44,943 bases of DNA from NCBI GenBank assembly GCA_033762295.1, contig JANRLW010000035.1, positions 1 through 44,943 on the forward strand. The letters run 5' to 3'. The notes beneath the pieces are model-generated. The model searched no databases. It was given only the letters and a program-made list of their open reading frames with translations, and was not told where the DNA came from. The position numbers were made by a program, and so were the translations under genes. This document shows, piece after piece, positions 37,467 to 44,943 of this stretch. Position 1 is the stretch's first letter, and each line of letters starts with the position of its first letter. Origin of the DNA: Capsulimonadales bacterium. Its GTDB lineage: Bacteria > Armatimonadota > Armatimonadia > Armatimonadales > Armatimonadaceae.

Positions 37467-38150
37467 ATGCCTGCCGCGACCCGCTTTGTGACCCTCAGTT
37501 TCGACGACGGTTTTCGGACGTCGTCCGTCCGGACCGCCGAACTGTACGAACGGTTCGGCCTGCGCGCGGAGTTCCATGTCGTCGCCACCTACGGACTTCG
37601 CGATCCGGTCACCTTCGGCGACTGGGCTCTGTGGAACGATCTGGCGGCGCGCGGCCATGTTATCCACCCCCACGGATACGACCATACCAACAAGACGAGC
37701 CTCCCGACGGAACGGGCGCAGGATTCGATTCTGCAATGTCTGGAGGAGTTTCAGGCCCACCTGCACGGTTTCGATCCGGCGCAGGCGATCTTCGCGTTTC
37801 CGTACAATGCGTCCACTCCGGAACTCGAGGCATGGCTTCCAACCGTCGTAAGGGCGTTCCGGACCGGCCACACCGCGCTTAACCCCCTGCCGTCCGCAGG
37901 CACGGTGCGGCTGACGACCGGCGGATGGGAGGACGCCGAACCGTGGCTGGATCGGTGTACCGAGGACCTTCTGGCCCTGAACGAAGGCTGGCTCATCTAC
38001 TGTGCGCACGGCCTGGACGGCGAGGGTTGGGGGCCGTTGCGACACGACTATCTCGAACGTCTGCTGGAAAGGCTGGTCGCGACGGAGAACCTGGAAATAC
38101 TGCCGGCCCGTGACATTCTCCGCCGCTTCGATGCCGCTCCGGAAGCCTAG
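37467..38150 (+). CDS. Polysaccharide deacetylase family (CE4-like) protein
   Basis: LSFDDG, HGYDH and FAFPY. Confidence 0.85.
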   Translation: MPAATRFVTLSFDDGFRTSSVRTAELYERFGLRAEFHVVATYGLRDPVTFGDWALWNDLAARGHVIHPHGYDHTNKTSLPTERAQDSILQCLEEFQAHLHGFDPAQAIFAFPYNASTPELEAWLPTVVRAFRTGHTALNPLPSAGTVRLTTGGWEDAEPWLDRCTEDLLALNEGWLIYCAHGLDGEGWGPLRHDYLERLLERLVATENLEILPARDILRRFDAAPEA

Positions 38151-38836
38151 TCGGCTTCCAGCGCCTTGCGGATCGCCGCCTCCACCGTCGCCGGACGGAC
38201 TTTCCCGGACCAGGCGTCGATGATCCGCCCGTCGCGCACCAGCAGGACGGTCGGCAGCGATTTGACGCCCCACTGTTTCCAAACGTCGCCCGAATCGATG
38301 AGCATCGGGTAACTGAACCGGGTCTTGCTTTTCGCCAGGAAGGGCGCGACCTTTTTTGCGCCTTCCTCATCGATGGAGATGCCGACCACGGAGAAACGCC
38401 CGTCCGCGCCGAGCCGTTCGTGCAGTTTTTGCAGTTCGGGCATGGCTTTGACGCACGGTCCGCACCAGGTCGCCCAGAAATCCACGAGCAGCACCCGGTT
38501 TTTCATCAGTTGCTCCGACGTGATCGTCTCGCCGGCAACGGTTTTCAGGGCGAACGCCGGGGCGGGCCGGGGCAATGGGGCGGGCAGGTAGGCGTCCGGA
38601 TTCTTGACGAAGGCATCGATCTCCCGTCGGTTGCAGAAGTAATAGGTCTTGCCTCCGTACGCGACGCCGCCCGCCGGTTTCTCCTCGCCATGCTCCTCGC
38701 CGCCCTGGGAGCAGACGAGGCAGACGGCCTTTTTCGGCAGATTTTCCCGGACCATGACCGGGCGATCCTGCGCCCGCGCCATCGTGGACAGCGAACACAG
38801 GCAGGCGGCGGCGATGGCCGCTCCGATTTCTCTCAT
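38147..38836 (-). CDS. Exported TlpA-family redoxin with N-terminal YHS/TRASH metal-binding domain
   Basis: Signal peptide; CLVC...YGGKTYYFC...FVKNPDAY (YHS); DFWATWCGPC and LPT (TlpA). Confidence 0.88.
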   Translation of the reverse strand: MREIGAAIAAACLCSLSTMARAQDRPVMVRENLPKKAVCLVCSQGGEEHGEEKPAGGVAYGGKTYYFCNRREIDAFVKNPDAYLPAPLPRPAPAFALKTVAGETITSEQLMKNRVLLVDFWATWCGPCVKAMPELQKLHERLGADGRFSVVGISIDEEGAKKVAPFLAKSKTRFSYPMLIDSGDVWKQWGVKSLPTVLLVRDGRIIDAWSGKVRPATVEAAIRKALEAD

Positions 38837-38848
38837 GATCGTTCCCTT

Positions 38849-39538
38849 TCAGAAGTTTTGCGCGAAGGCGAACCCGATTCGCCGATTGAACGGCGCCACC
38901 AGCGAAAAGGAGCGGCCCGTTCCGTCGAACCAGGAAAGCGTCGTATGACCGTATTTGCCGTCGCACATCGGAATCAGCACCAGGTCGTCTCGCAGGGCGA
39001 CGCTCGCCCCGAACGGCACCAGCACCTCACGCCCCCATTCCGAGTAGGACAGCCCGATATACGGGGCGAATCGTCCGCTCTCCCCGCCGATCTGTTTCTG
39101 GGCGGTGACGAAATAGGCCATTCCGGACGGGGTTCCGATCCGGTCGCTGGAGAACCCGGCCACGATTCCGGGGCGACGGTCATCTTCCGTCCGCACGAAC
39201 CAGTTGCCGATAGGATTGGCCTTTTCTTCCGGCGCGAGCGGATTGTACTCGATCCCGAGTTGCAGACGCGGCGAGAGCCGCGCCGACAGAGTCGTGCGCC
39301 AGCGGGGCCGTTCCTGCCGGGTATCGGCATAGCGCTGTGCGAACTGCCATCGTCCCTGAACGCCGCTCGCACGGAGCGGCGACCCTTCGCCGGGTCAGCC
39401 CGTTCACGGGGGAAGGGTCGACCGCAGTCGGTCTCGCTCATCGGGTCCCTGAGCGAACGCGGCGACGGGCAGCAGGAAGACACCGCCGAAGGTAACGAGA
39501 ACGACGGCAACGACGGCAGGACCGGACATGGTCCGCAT
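38849..39538 (-). CDS. Predicted selenoprotein (229 aa): signal peptide, UxxU motif (Sec45, Sec48), beta-barrel-like domain ending in Phe
   Basis: GAGG RBS and ATG 39538. In-frame TGA at 39404-39406 and 39395-39397 (CCG TGA ACG GGC TGA CCC). The same frame then stays open to 38849, with alternating beta-strand patterns and C-terminal FAFAQNF. Confidence 0.72.
39361..39381 (-). promoter_or_regulatory. Candidate bacterial SECIS hairpin
   Basis: mRNA CGCCGCUC-CGUGC-GAGCGGCG: 8-bp stem, loop with GU. The loop starts 21 nt after the second UGA and 30 nt after the first. Confidence 0.55.
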
Positions 39539-39570
39539 GGTTTTCCTCGGGATGCGGGGAGCGAAAGACG

Positions 39571-39915
39571 TCATTTGCCGGAGACGAAGGCCGCGATCCC
39601 GGCAAGGGCTTCGGGCCGGACTCGACAACGGACGACTCGCCCTTGCCGTTCGGTGGTGATCAGGCCCGCCGCTCGCAACTCGTTCAGGTGGTGTGTCAGA
39701 GTGGACGGAGCGCAGGGAACCACACAGCGGATACGGCAGGCGGTCACGCCGCCCGCCCGGTCGTCGTCGCCTTCGGCGTTACAGCAGGTTCCCTGCTCGG
39801 TATCGTAACCGCAGGTCGGCCCGCAGCAACGGATGCACCGGAAGACCGCCAGACGGGTCGGATCGGCGAGCGCCTTAAAGATCGCGGAAAGGTCGAGTGT
39901 GGGTTCGTCGGCCAT
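39571..39915 (-). CDS. ArsR/SmtB family repressor with Cys-rich insertion (10 Cys)
   Basis: FKALADPTRL and STLTHHLNELRAAGLI...RQGR; insertion CIRCCGPTC...GTCC. Alternative start ATG 39918. Confidence 0.92.
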   Translation of the reverse strand: MADEPTLDLSAIFKALADPTRLAVFRCIRCCGPTCGYDTEQGTCCNAEGDDDRAGGVTACRIRCVVPCAPSTLTHHLNELRAAGLITTERQGRVVRCRVRPEALAGIAAFVSGK

Positions 39916-39920
39916 CATTT

Positions 39921-39961
39921 CCTTTCGATGGCTATCGAAATATTCGACAACCATCGAAAGG
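39921..39961. promoter_or_regulatory. Palindromic operator, probably bound by the ArsR protein
   Basis: CCTTTCGATGG-19 nt-CCATCGAAAGG inverted repeat built from two imperfect TTCGA-N6-TCGAA palindromes; it overlaps the -10 and the RBS. Confidence 0.75.
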
Positions 39962-39987
39962 TTATCATGCCTCGCCGGGTTTGTCCA
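39959..39987 (-). promoter_or_regulatory. Sigma70 promoter of the arsR operon
   Basis: TGGACA-17 nt-TAACCT with extended TG on the minus strand. Confidence 0.6.
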
Positions 39988-39991
39988 TCCT

Positions 39992-41002
39992 TTACGATTG
40001 CCGGGGAAGGGAAGCGACGACGCCGGCTTTCCAGGCGGCGATCAGCTGATCCTCATACTCGTCCGGGGTGACGGCTGCGTGCTTGCCGTGGGCGTCCATC
40101 CATTCGACGGTTCGTCGGACGCCCTCTCGCCAGGAGACGGTCTGTCCCGTGTAGTTCGTGTCGCGCTTGATCTTGGCGTTGTCGAAGATGGAAGTCCAGG
40201 CGAAAATCTCCTTCAATCCCCCGCTGTACTTCGGCGCGACCTCGATCAGGATATCGGTCGGAAGGTAGACCGGTTCGTACTTGCCCCCGACCACCTCCGC
40301 CACCTGTTCGTGGTAGGTGTTCCAGGTAAACCACTCATCGGCCGTGATGTTGTACGCCTGTCCGAGCGATAGGTCGTTGCCCATGACGCCGATGAATCCG
40401 CGCGCGACGTCGTCCACATGGCAGGAGGCCCAGAGTCCGGTTCCGTCGCCGGGGACGATCACCGGCAGACCGGCGCGCACCCGGGAAATAAAGCTGTCGG
40501 CGGGTCCGAACGGACGGATCAACAGACCGCCTTCACCGTAGGAGTGGGACGGGCGCATGATCGTCGCCGGGAAGCCCGAATCGGCATGGGTCCGCAACAG
40601 CAACTCCTCGCAGGCGATCTTGTTTTTGCCGTAACCGCCGATCGAATGGTACGGTTCGGTCTCGGTGGTCGGGATCTGCTGCGGCGGCCCGGAGTAGACG
40701 CAGACGGTCGAGCAGTGGATAAACTGCCCGCACTTGCCGGTGAACGCGCGGATCGCGGAGGCGGTGTCGTCCGGATGGTAGGCGACCATATCGACGACGA
40801 CATCATAATGCTGGCCGTCGAACGTCTTTTCGAAGGTCGCATAGTCCCGGCGGTCTCCGGTGATGACCTGGTAGGTTCCTTCCGGGAGGCGGCTTTCGCT
40901 GCGTCCGCGGTTGAAGCAGACGACTTCATGGTTCTCGGCGATGAGCTGGCGGGCGATGGCGGTGGAGATCAGGCCGGTGCCGCCGATAAAAAGCACTTTC
41001 AT
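39992..41002 (-). CDS. NAD-dependent epimerase/dehydratase family protein
   Basis: FIGGTGLIS, YGKNK and RPSHSYG. Confidence 0.92.
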   Translation of the reverse strand: MKVLFIGGTGLISTAIARQLIAENHEVVCFNRGRSESRLPEGTYQVITGDRRDYATFEKTFDGQHYDVVVDMVAYHPDDTASAIRAFTGKCGQFIHCSTVCVYSGPPQQIPTTETEPYHSIGGYGKNKIACEELLLRTHADSGFPATIMRPSHSYGEGGLLIRPFGPADSFISRVRAGLPVIVPGDGTGLWASCHVDDVARGFIGVMGNDLSLGQAYNITADEWFTWNTYHEQVAEVVGGKYEPVYLPTDILIEVAPKYSGGLKEIFAWTSIFDNAKIKRDTNYTGQTVSWREGVRRTVEWMDAHGKHAAVTPDEYEDQLIAAWKAGVVASLPRQS

Positions 41003-41116
41003 AGGTTTCGTTTCGACGGCGCTCCGAACTTCTCCTTTTCTCCTGAGCGGTTCCCCTTCTTTCCCGGCGTGTTCGCTCGCAGAGAATATCGATATTCAGG
41101 TACAATGCGCGCAGTC

Positions 41117-42010
41117 ATGTCGCCTTCGGAAATTCGGTTCGATTATCATAGCCATCACCACCGTTGCGGCCACGCTTCGGGGGACATATCCGACTACATC
41201 GAGCGGGCTCTTTCTCTCGGGATGGTCGCTTTTGGCGTCTCCGACCATGGTCCGGCCTACTGGCTTCCCGGCGACCACGATCAGCCGTTGACCCAGATGG
41301 CAAAGAGCGAACTGCCGCGCTATGTGGAGGAGGGCCGGAACCTGCAGCGGCATTACCGGGACCGGATCGCGGTCCGGGTCGGACTGGAAGCGGACTATAT
41401 CGAGGGCCGGGAGGCGGAACTGGCCACGATCCTGGCGGCGCATTCCTTCGATTACGTTCTCGGGTCGGTCCACTATGCGTTCGGTCGCAACATCTTTAAC
41501 CCCGCCCGATGGACGCACCCGGTCCCCGCCGTCTACGAGGAGTATTACCGTCTGGTCGCGAAGGCTGCGGCGAGCGGGCTGTTCGATATACTGTCTCATC
41601 TGACGGCTGTCGAGGCATACGCGCCTCCGCCAACCGATGCTCAGGCGGAACAATTCTACGTGCCGGTCGCCGATGCCGTCGCCGCCTCCGGGGCGGTCGT
41701 TGAGATCAATACGTCAGGATACCGGAAAATGGGGGGCGACGAACCGTTTCCCAACCGGCGTATGCTGCGTCTGCTGATCGAACGGGGTGTGCCGTTGACC
41801 TTCTCGTCGGACTGCCACTCGCCCGCCGAGGTCGGGTTCGGTCGCGAGCGGGTCGCGGGCTTGCTCAGGGAACTGGGCATCGAAACGTCCGAGGCGCAAC
41901 CCGTTCGGAGGAAATCGCGTCAGACCCCTGGCGGTTCCGACGGACGGGGCGAGGTGATTGCGTTTCAACCGACGCCCAATCAGGGCCAGCCGAACGAAAG
42001 CGGAGCGTAA
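41117..42010 (+). CDS. Histidinol-phosphatase HisJ/HisK family (PHP domain)
   Basis: DYHSH..CGHA, SDHGP, GLEADY, GSVH, EINTSG and SDCH. Alternative start ATG 41105. Confidence 0.9.
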   Translation: MSPSEIRFDYHSHHHRCGHASGDISDYIERALSLGMVAFGVSDHGPAYWLPGDHDQPLTQMAKSELPRYVEEGRNLQRHYRDRIAVRVGLEADYIEGREAELATILAAHSFDYVLGSVHYAFGRNIFNPARWTHPVPAVYEEYYRLVAKAAASGLFDILSHLTAVEAYAPPPTDAQAEQFYVPVADAVAASGAVVEINTSGYRKMGGDEPFPNRRMLRLLIERGVPLTFSSDCHSPAEVGFGRERVAGLLRELGIETSEAQPVRRKSRQTPGGSDGRGEVIAFQPTPNQGQPNESGA

Positions 42011-42013
42011 AGA

Positions 42014-42844
42014 GTGAATCTTCAACAGCTATTAAATTTTTCCTGGGTTACCGATGCCACGGCCTGGGTCGGTCTTCTGACGCTGGTCGCGCTGGAGATC
42101 GTTCTGGGGATCGACAATATCGTTTTTATTTCGATTCTGTCCGGGAAGCTTCCGGAGGCGGAACAACCACGCGCCCGCAAACTGGGACTGATTCTGGCGG
42201 TGATTCCACGCCTTCTTTTGCTCCTGTTCCTTCCGATCGTTCTCAGTCTGGACCAGCCGATCATCCGGCTGCCGTTCGAACTTCCGGGGAACCACGAGGG
42301 GCCGCTCGGCCTCTCGATCCAGGACCTGATCATCTTTGTCGGCGGTCTCTTCCTGCTGGCGAAGGCGACACGCGAGATCCATCATAACCTGGAGGGCGAG
42401 GAGCATCACGTCGATGAAGCCGGTGTCGTAACGAAAAAAACGGCCTCCTTTTCGTCGGTCATTGCCTCCGTCATGCTTCTGAACATCGTCTTCTCGCTGG
42501 ACTCGATCATTACGGCGATCGGGATGGTGCCCAAGGAACAGATCACGGTCATGGTGCTGGCCGTCCTCGTCTCCACGGCGATCATGGCGTTTGCGGTCAA
42601 CTCGGTCAGCAAGTTCGTCGAGCGACACCCGACGGTCAAGATGCTCGCTCTCTCGTTCCTGTTGCTGATCGGGATGACGCTTGTCGCCGAGGGCCTGCAT
42701 GTCGAGATTCCGAAGGGTTACGTCTACTTCGCGATGGGCTTTTCCGTCTTCGTCGAGATGCTCAACCTCCGGGCGGCGAAAAGCAAGAAGACCGCGCCGG
42801 TCCAGCTTCGCACCACGTCGCCCGATCAGTATCTGCGTCCCTGA
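42014..42844 (+). CDS. TerC family membrane protein
   Basis: LEIVLGIDN, KATREIH, VFSLDSIITAIG, LALSFL and PKGYVYFAM.FS..VE.LN. Confidence 0.94.
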   Translation: MNLQQLLNFSWVTDATAWVGLLTLVALEIVLGIDNIVFISILSGKLPEAEQPRARKLGLILAVIPRLLLLLFLPIVLSLDQPIIRLPFELPGNHEGPLGLSIQDLIIFVGGLFLLAKATREIHHNLEGEEHHVDEAGVVTKKTASFSSVIASVMLLNIVFSLDSIITAIGMVPKEQITVMVLAVLVSTAIMAFAVNSVSKFVERHPTVKMLALSFLLLIGMTLVAEGLHVEIPKGYVYFAMGFSVFVEMLNLRAAKSKKTAPVQLRTTSPDQYLRP

Positions 42845-43101
42845 ACCTTGCCCCCGGTGAATTTCGGCGAAACTTTTCCCCGGTTCATTTATCAGGGGAA
42901 GAGGATGCGAACGGTAGCGGTGCGTCATCGGTGTGCAATATTCTACTGACCAAAACCCGGTGACGCTTCGACCAAAGCGCCTCCGGCGGGGTAGTATGAA
43001 TTCGAGGGAGAACCGGGAACCATCGCCGGGTCGCCGTCCAAACGTACATTCTCATCGTCGCTGTCTCGGACATCGCACTGTCGGCAGTCAGGGGTACGCT
43101 A

Positions 43102-44190
43102 ATGAATAGGGCCGTTCGCAGGGAGTTCGTCGCCTCCGCAATCATTCTGGCGATTCTGGGCGCAGGCTCAACGTCGTACGCGCAGGCGGTCATCCGCAAC
43201 CAGACGACGTACAACAGCTTGACGGCGATCGCCGGCAACAATCCGAACCAGTCGGATGTCACCGGCAATATCCTCACCCTGACGGGACACGGGGTCGAAC
43301 CGCTCAAAAACGTTCAGACCGGTCCGGCGGCGTATGCGTTCCGCTTCGGCAGCGACGGCACCACGGACGGTTCCGTCGATCCGGCGTTGGGAACGGCCAA
43401 TGTCGGCAACAATACGCTGTCCACCATTCTCATTGCCGACGACCTCTGGCTTCAGGCGGACACGACCGGTCTGGGCAGCGCGCGGCTGGCATCGGTCAAC
43501 CTGACCGGCATGCAGTTTCTGTTGAGCAATGCGAACGCGGAAGCGATCACGGTCAATGCCCATGTCCGCCTCTACGACACCCTGGCGACCGGTTTTGCCG
43601 GAGACCTGGTCGGTTCGTACGACCTCGGCGCGGTCACGCTGAACGGCAACGGCGGCGGCTACGCCAGCGTCACCCAGTTAAGCGTCCCCTCCTCCTCCTT
43701 CGCTCTCGATCCGGTGTCGCTCGCCGGTTCGACCTTCGATCGTGTGAGTGCGGGGAGGTATGAAAAGCGTATCTGGGCCGGTCTTTTCTTCACCGCCGAT
43801 GCCACGACAACCACAACCACCCAGTTGTCCAACATCGGTTCGGTCGTCTTCGACCCGAACACGGCGGTGCTTTCGGAAAACGTCTCCTCGAAAGGTACCT
43901 TCTTCGATGTCGGTCGCAGCAACGATCAGATCGTCGGGGACGATATCAGCGGGGCGAACAACGGTCCTCAGGTGAACTTTTCCTATACACAGGACTTCGA
44001 CGAGCTTTTCTATACCTCACTGTTCAAAACCTGGTCGCTCGATACGAACAACCAGGGTCAGGGTCCGGAGGCGAACTTTGCCTGGCTTTTCCGTGCCGAT
44101 ATTGTCATCACGCCGGAACCGGGAACTGTCTCTCTGCTGATTCTGGGCGCGCTTCCGGCGGCGATCCTGATTCGCCGTCGCCGCCGCTGA
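43102..44190 (+). CDS. PEP-CTERM sorting-domain surface protein
   Basis: Signal peptide; C-terminal TPEPGTVSLLILGALPAAILIRRRRR. Confidence 0.92.
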   Translation: MNRAVRREFVASAIILAILGAGSTSYAQAVIRNQTTYNSLTAIAGNNPNQSDVTGNILTLTGHGVEPLKNVQTGPAAYAFRFGSDGTTDGSVDPALGTANVGNNTLSTILIADDLWLQADTTGLGSARLASVNLTGMQFLLSNANAEAITVNAHVRLYDTLATGFAGDLVGSYDLGAVTLNGNGGGYASVTQLSVPSSSFALDPVSLAGSTFDRVSAGRYEKRIWAGLFFTADATTTTTTQLSNIGSVVFDPNTAVLSENVSSKGTFFDVGRSNDQIVGDDISGANNGPQVNFSYTQDFDELFYTSLFKTWSLDTNNQGQGPEANFAWLFRADIVITPEPGTVSLLILGALPAAILIRRRRR

Positions 44191-44237
44191 CCGCGGAGGC
44201 AGGAATTCCCTTTTCCGTTCGGTAATTTTCGCTCGTC

Positions 44238-44943
44238 ATGCGATTTTCGACACTTTTCGGGGACCGCCGACCGATCATCGGTATGGTTCATCTGGGGCCT
44301 CTTCCCGGCAGTCCCCGTGATCCCGGCGGTTCCGACGGCTTTCCTTCGGTTTTGCGGCGCGCCACCGAGGATGCGGTCGCTCTGAAGGAAGGCGGCTGCG
44401 ACGGCGTGATGGTCGAGAACTTTTTCGATGCCCCGTTCGCCCGAGATCAGGTTCCCCCACATACCCTGGCAGCCATGACGCGTGCGGTTCTGGCCGTGCG
44501 CGACGCGGTTGGCCCCTCGTTTCCCGTCGGCGTCAATGTTCTGCGGAACGACGCCCGTGCGGCCCTGGCTATCGCCCATATCGCGTCGGCACAGTTTGTG
44601 CGCATCAATGTCTTCGTCGGAGCGGCCGTCACCGACCAGGGGATCATTGAAGGCGCGGCTCGTACGGCCTTGCTGTACCGGCGTGAACTCGGTGCGGACG
44701 TCGCGATTTTCGCCGATATCTTTGTCAAACACGCTGCCTCCCTGGGCGGGTCGGACTATACGCTCGAGGACGCGGCCCGGGATGCCTTCTACCGTGGATT
44801 GGCGGAGGCGTTGATCGTCAGCGGGTCGGCGACCGGCATGTCCACCGACCCCTCCGTGGTGGAACGGGTACGGATCGCCGTGCCGGAGGCTCCCGTGCTG
44901 GTCGGCAGCGGGTTCGATCGACGGACCGCCGCCGGGCTGCTGG
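44238..44943 (+). CDS. BtpA/SgcQ family protein, truncated by the window end
   Basis: Own translation: IIGMVHLGPLPGSP...DGVMVENFFDAPF...GVNVLRND...FVRINV...IFADIFVKH...IVSGSATG...LVGSG. Confidence 0.92.
   Translation, partial: MRFSTLFGDRRPIIGMVHLGPLPGSPRDPGGSDGFPSVLRRATEDAVALKEGGCDGVMVENFFDAPFARDQVPPHTLAAMTRAVLAVRDAVGPSFPVGVNVLRNDARAALAIAHIASAQFVRINVFVGAAVTDQGIIEGAARTALLYRRELGADVAIFADIFVKHAASLGGSDYTLEDAARDAFYRGLAEALIVSGSATGMSTDPSVVERVRIAVPEAPVLVGSGFDRRTAAGLL

Noticed and set aside
38849..39196. 115-aa ORF and 74-aa ORF (39404-39628) as two separate genes or a plain pseudogene
   Set aside because: They are in the same frame with an open, protein-like linker. The only interruptions are two TGAs at CxxC spacing, and GTG 39196 has no RBS. 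Pseudogene status is not excluded but is less parsimonious.
39395..39406. Genome-wide UGA reassignment to Trp or Gly
   Set aside because: Many intact genes here end in TGA, and prfB with its CTT-TGA frameshift is present.
42900..43100. c-di-GMP-I riboswitch upstream of the PEP-CTERM gene
   Set aside because: Only a loose resemblance (GACCAAAGCGCCTCCGGC). The GGCAAAC...GNRA P2 element is missing.

Overview
High-GC bacterial chromosomal window. The mix of a PEP-CTERM protein, DUF1592/DUF1501 proteins and a predicted outer-membrane barrel suggests Armatimonadota or a similar diderm lineage; this is inference only. Most of the window is ordinary metabolic, transport and repair genes: frameshifted prfB, peptidases, alkA/ada-ogt, an ActP-like symporter, a sugar ABC transporter, CE15 and GH30 enzymes, a cation/H+ antiporter, chrA, a TerC-family gene and a BtpA-family gene. 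The top signal is a minus-strand operon at 38147-39987. A Cys-rich ArsR repressor with a palindromic operator is followed by a 229-aa exported beta-barrel-like protein that the ORF track splits, because two in-frame TGA codons form a P-U-T-G-U-P (UxxU) motif followed by a SECIS-like hairpin. A YHS/TRASH-TlpA redoxin comes last. This is a candidate double-selenocysteine envelope protein in a metal(loid)-responsive redox system. Other signals: (1) a lower-GC island (1-2050) with a LuxR-type HTH, an 18-G tract, a Tat-like 18-Cys secreted precursor and a lipoprotein; (2) an xisH-xisI pair between a decayed duplicate of a dehydrogenase 5' end and the intact gene; (3) a probable ~70-nt sRNA with an anti-SD-like tract at 5040-5107; (4) a possible leader-peptide attenuator upstream of yqeY. 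No rRNA, tRNA, CRISPR array, transposase or sel machinery genes were seen.
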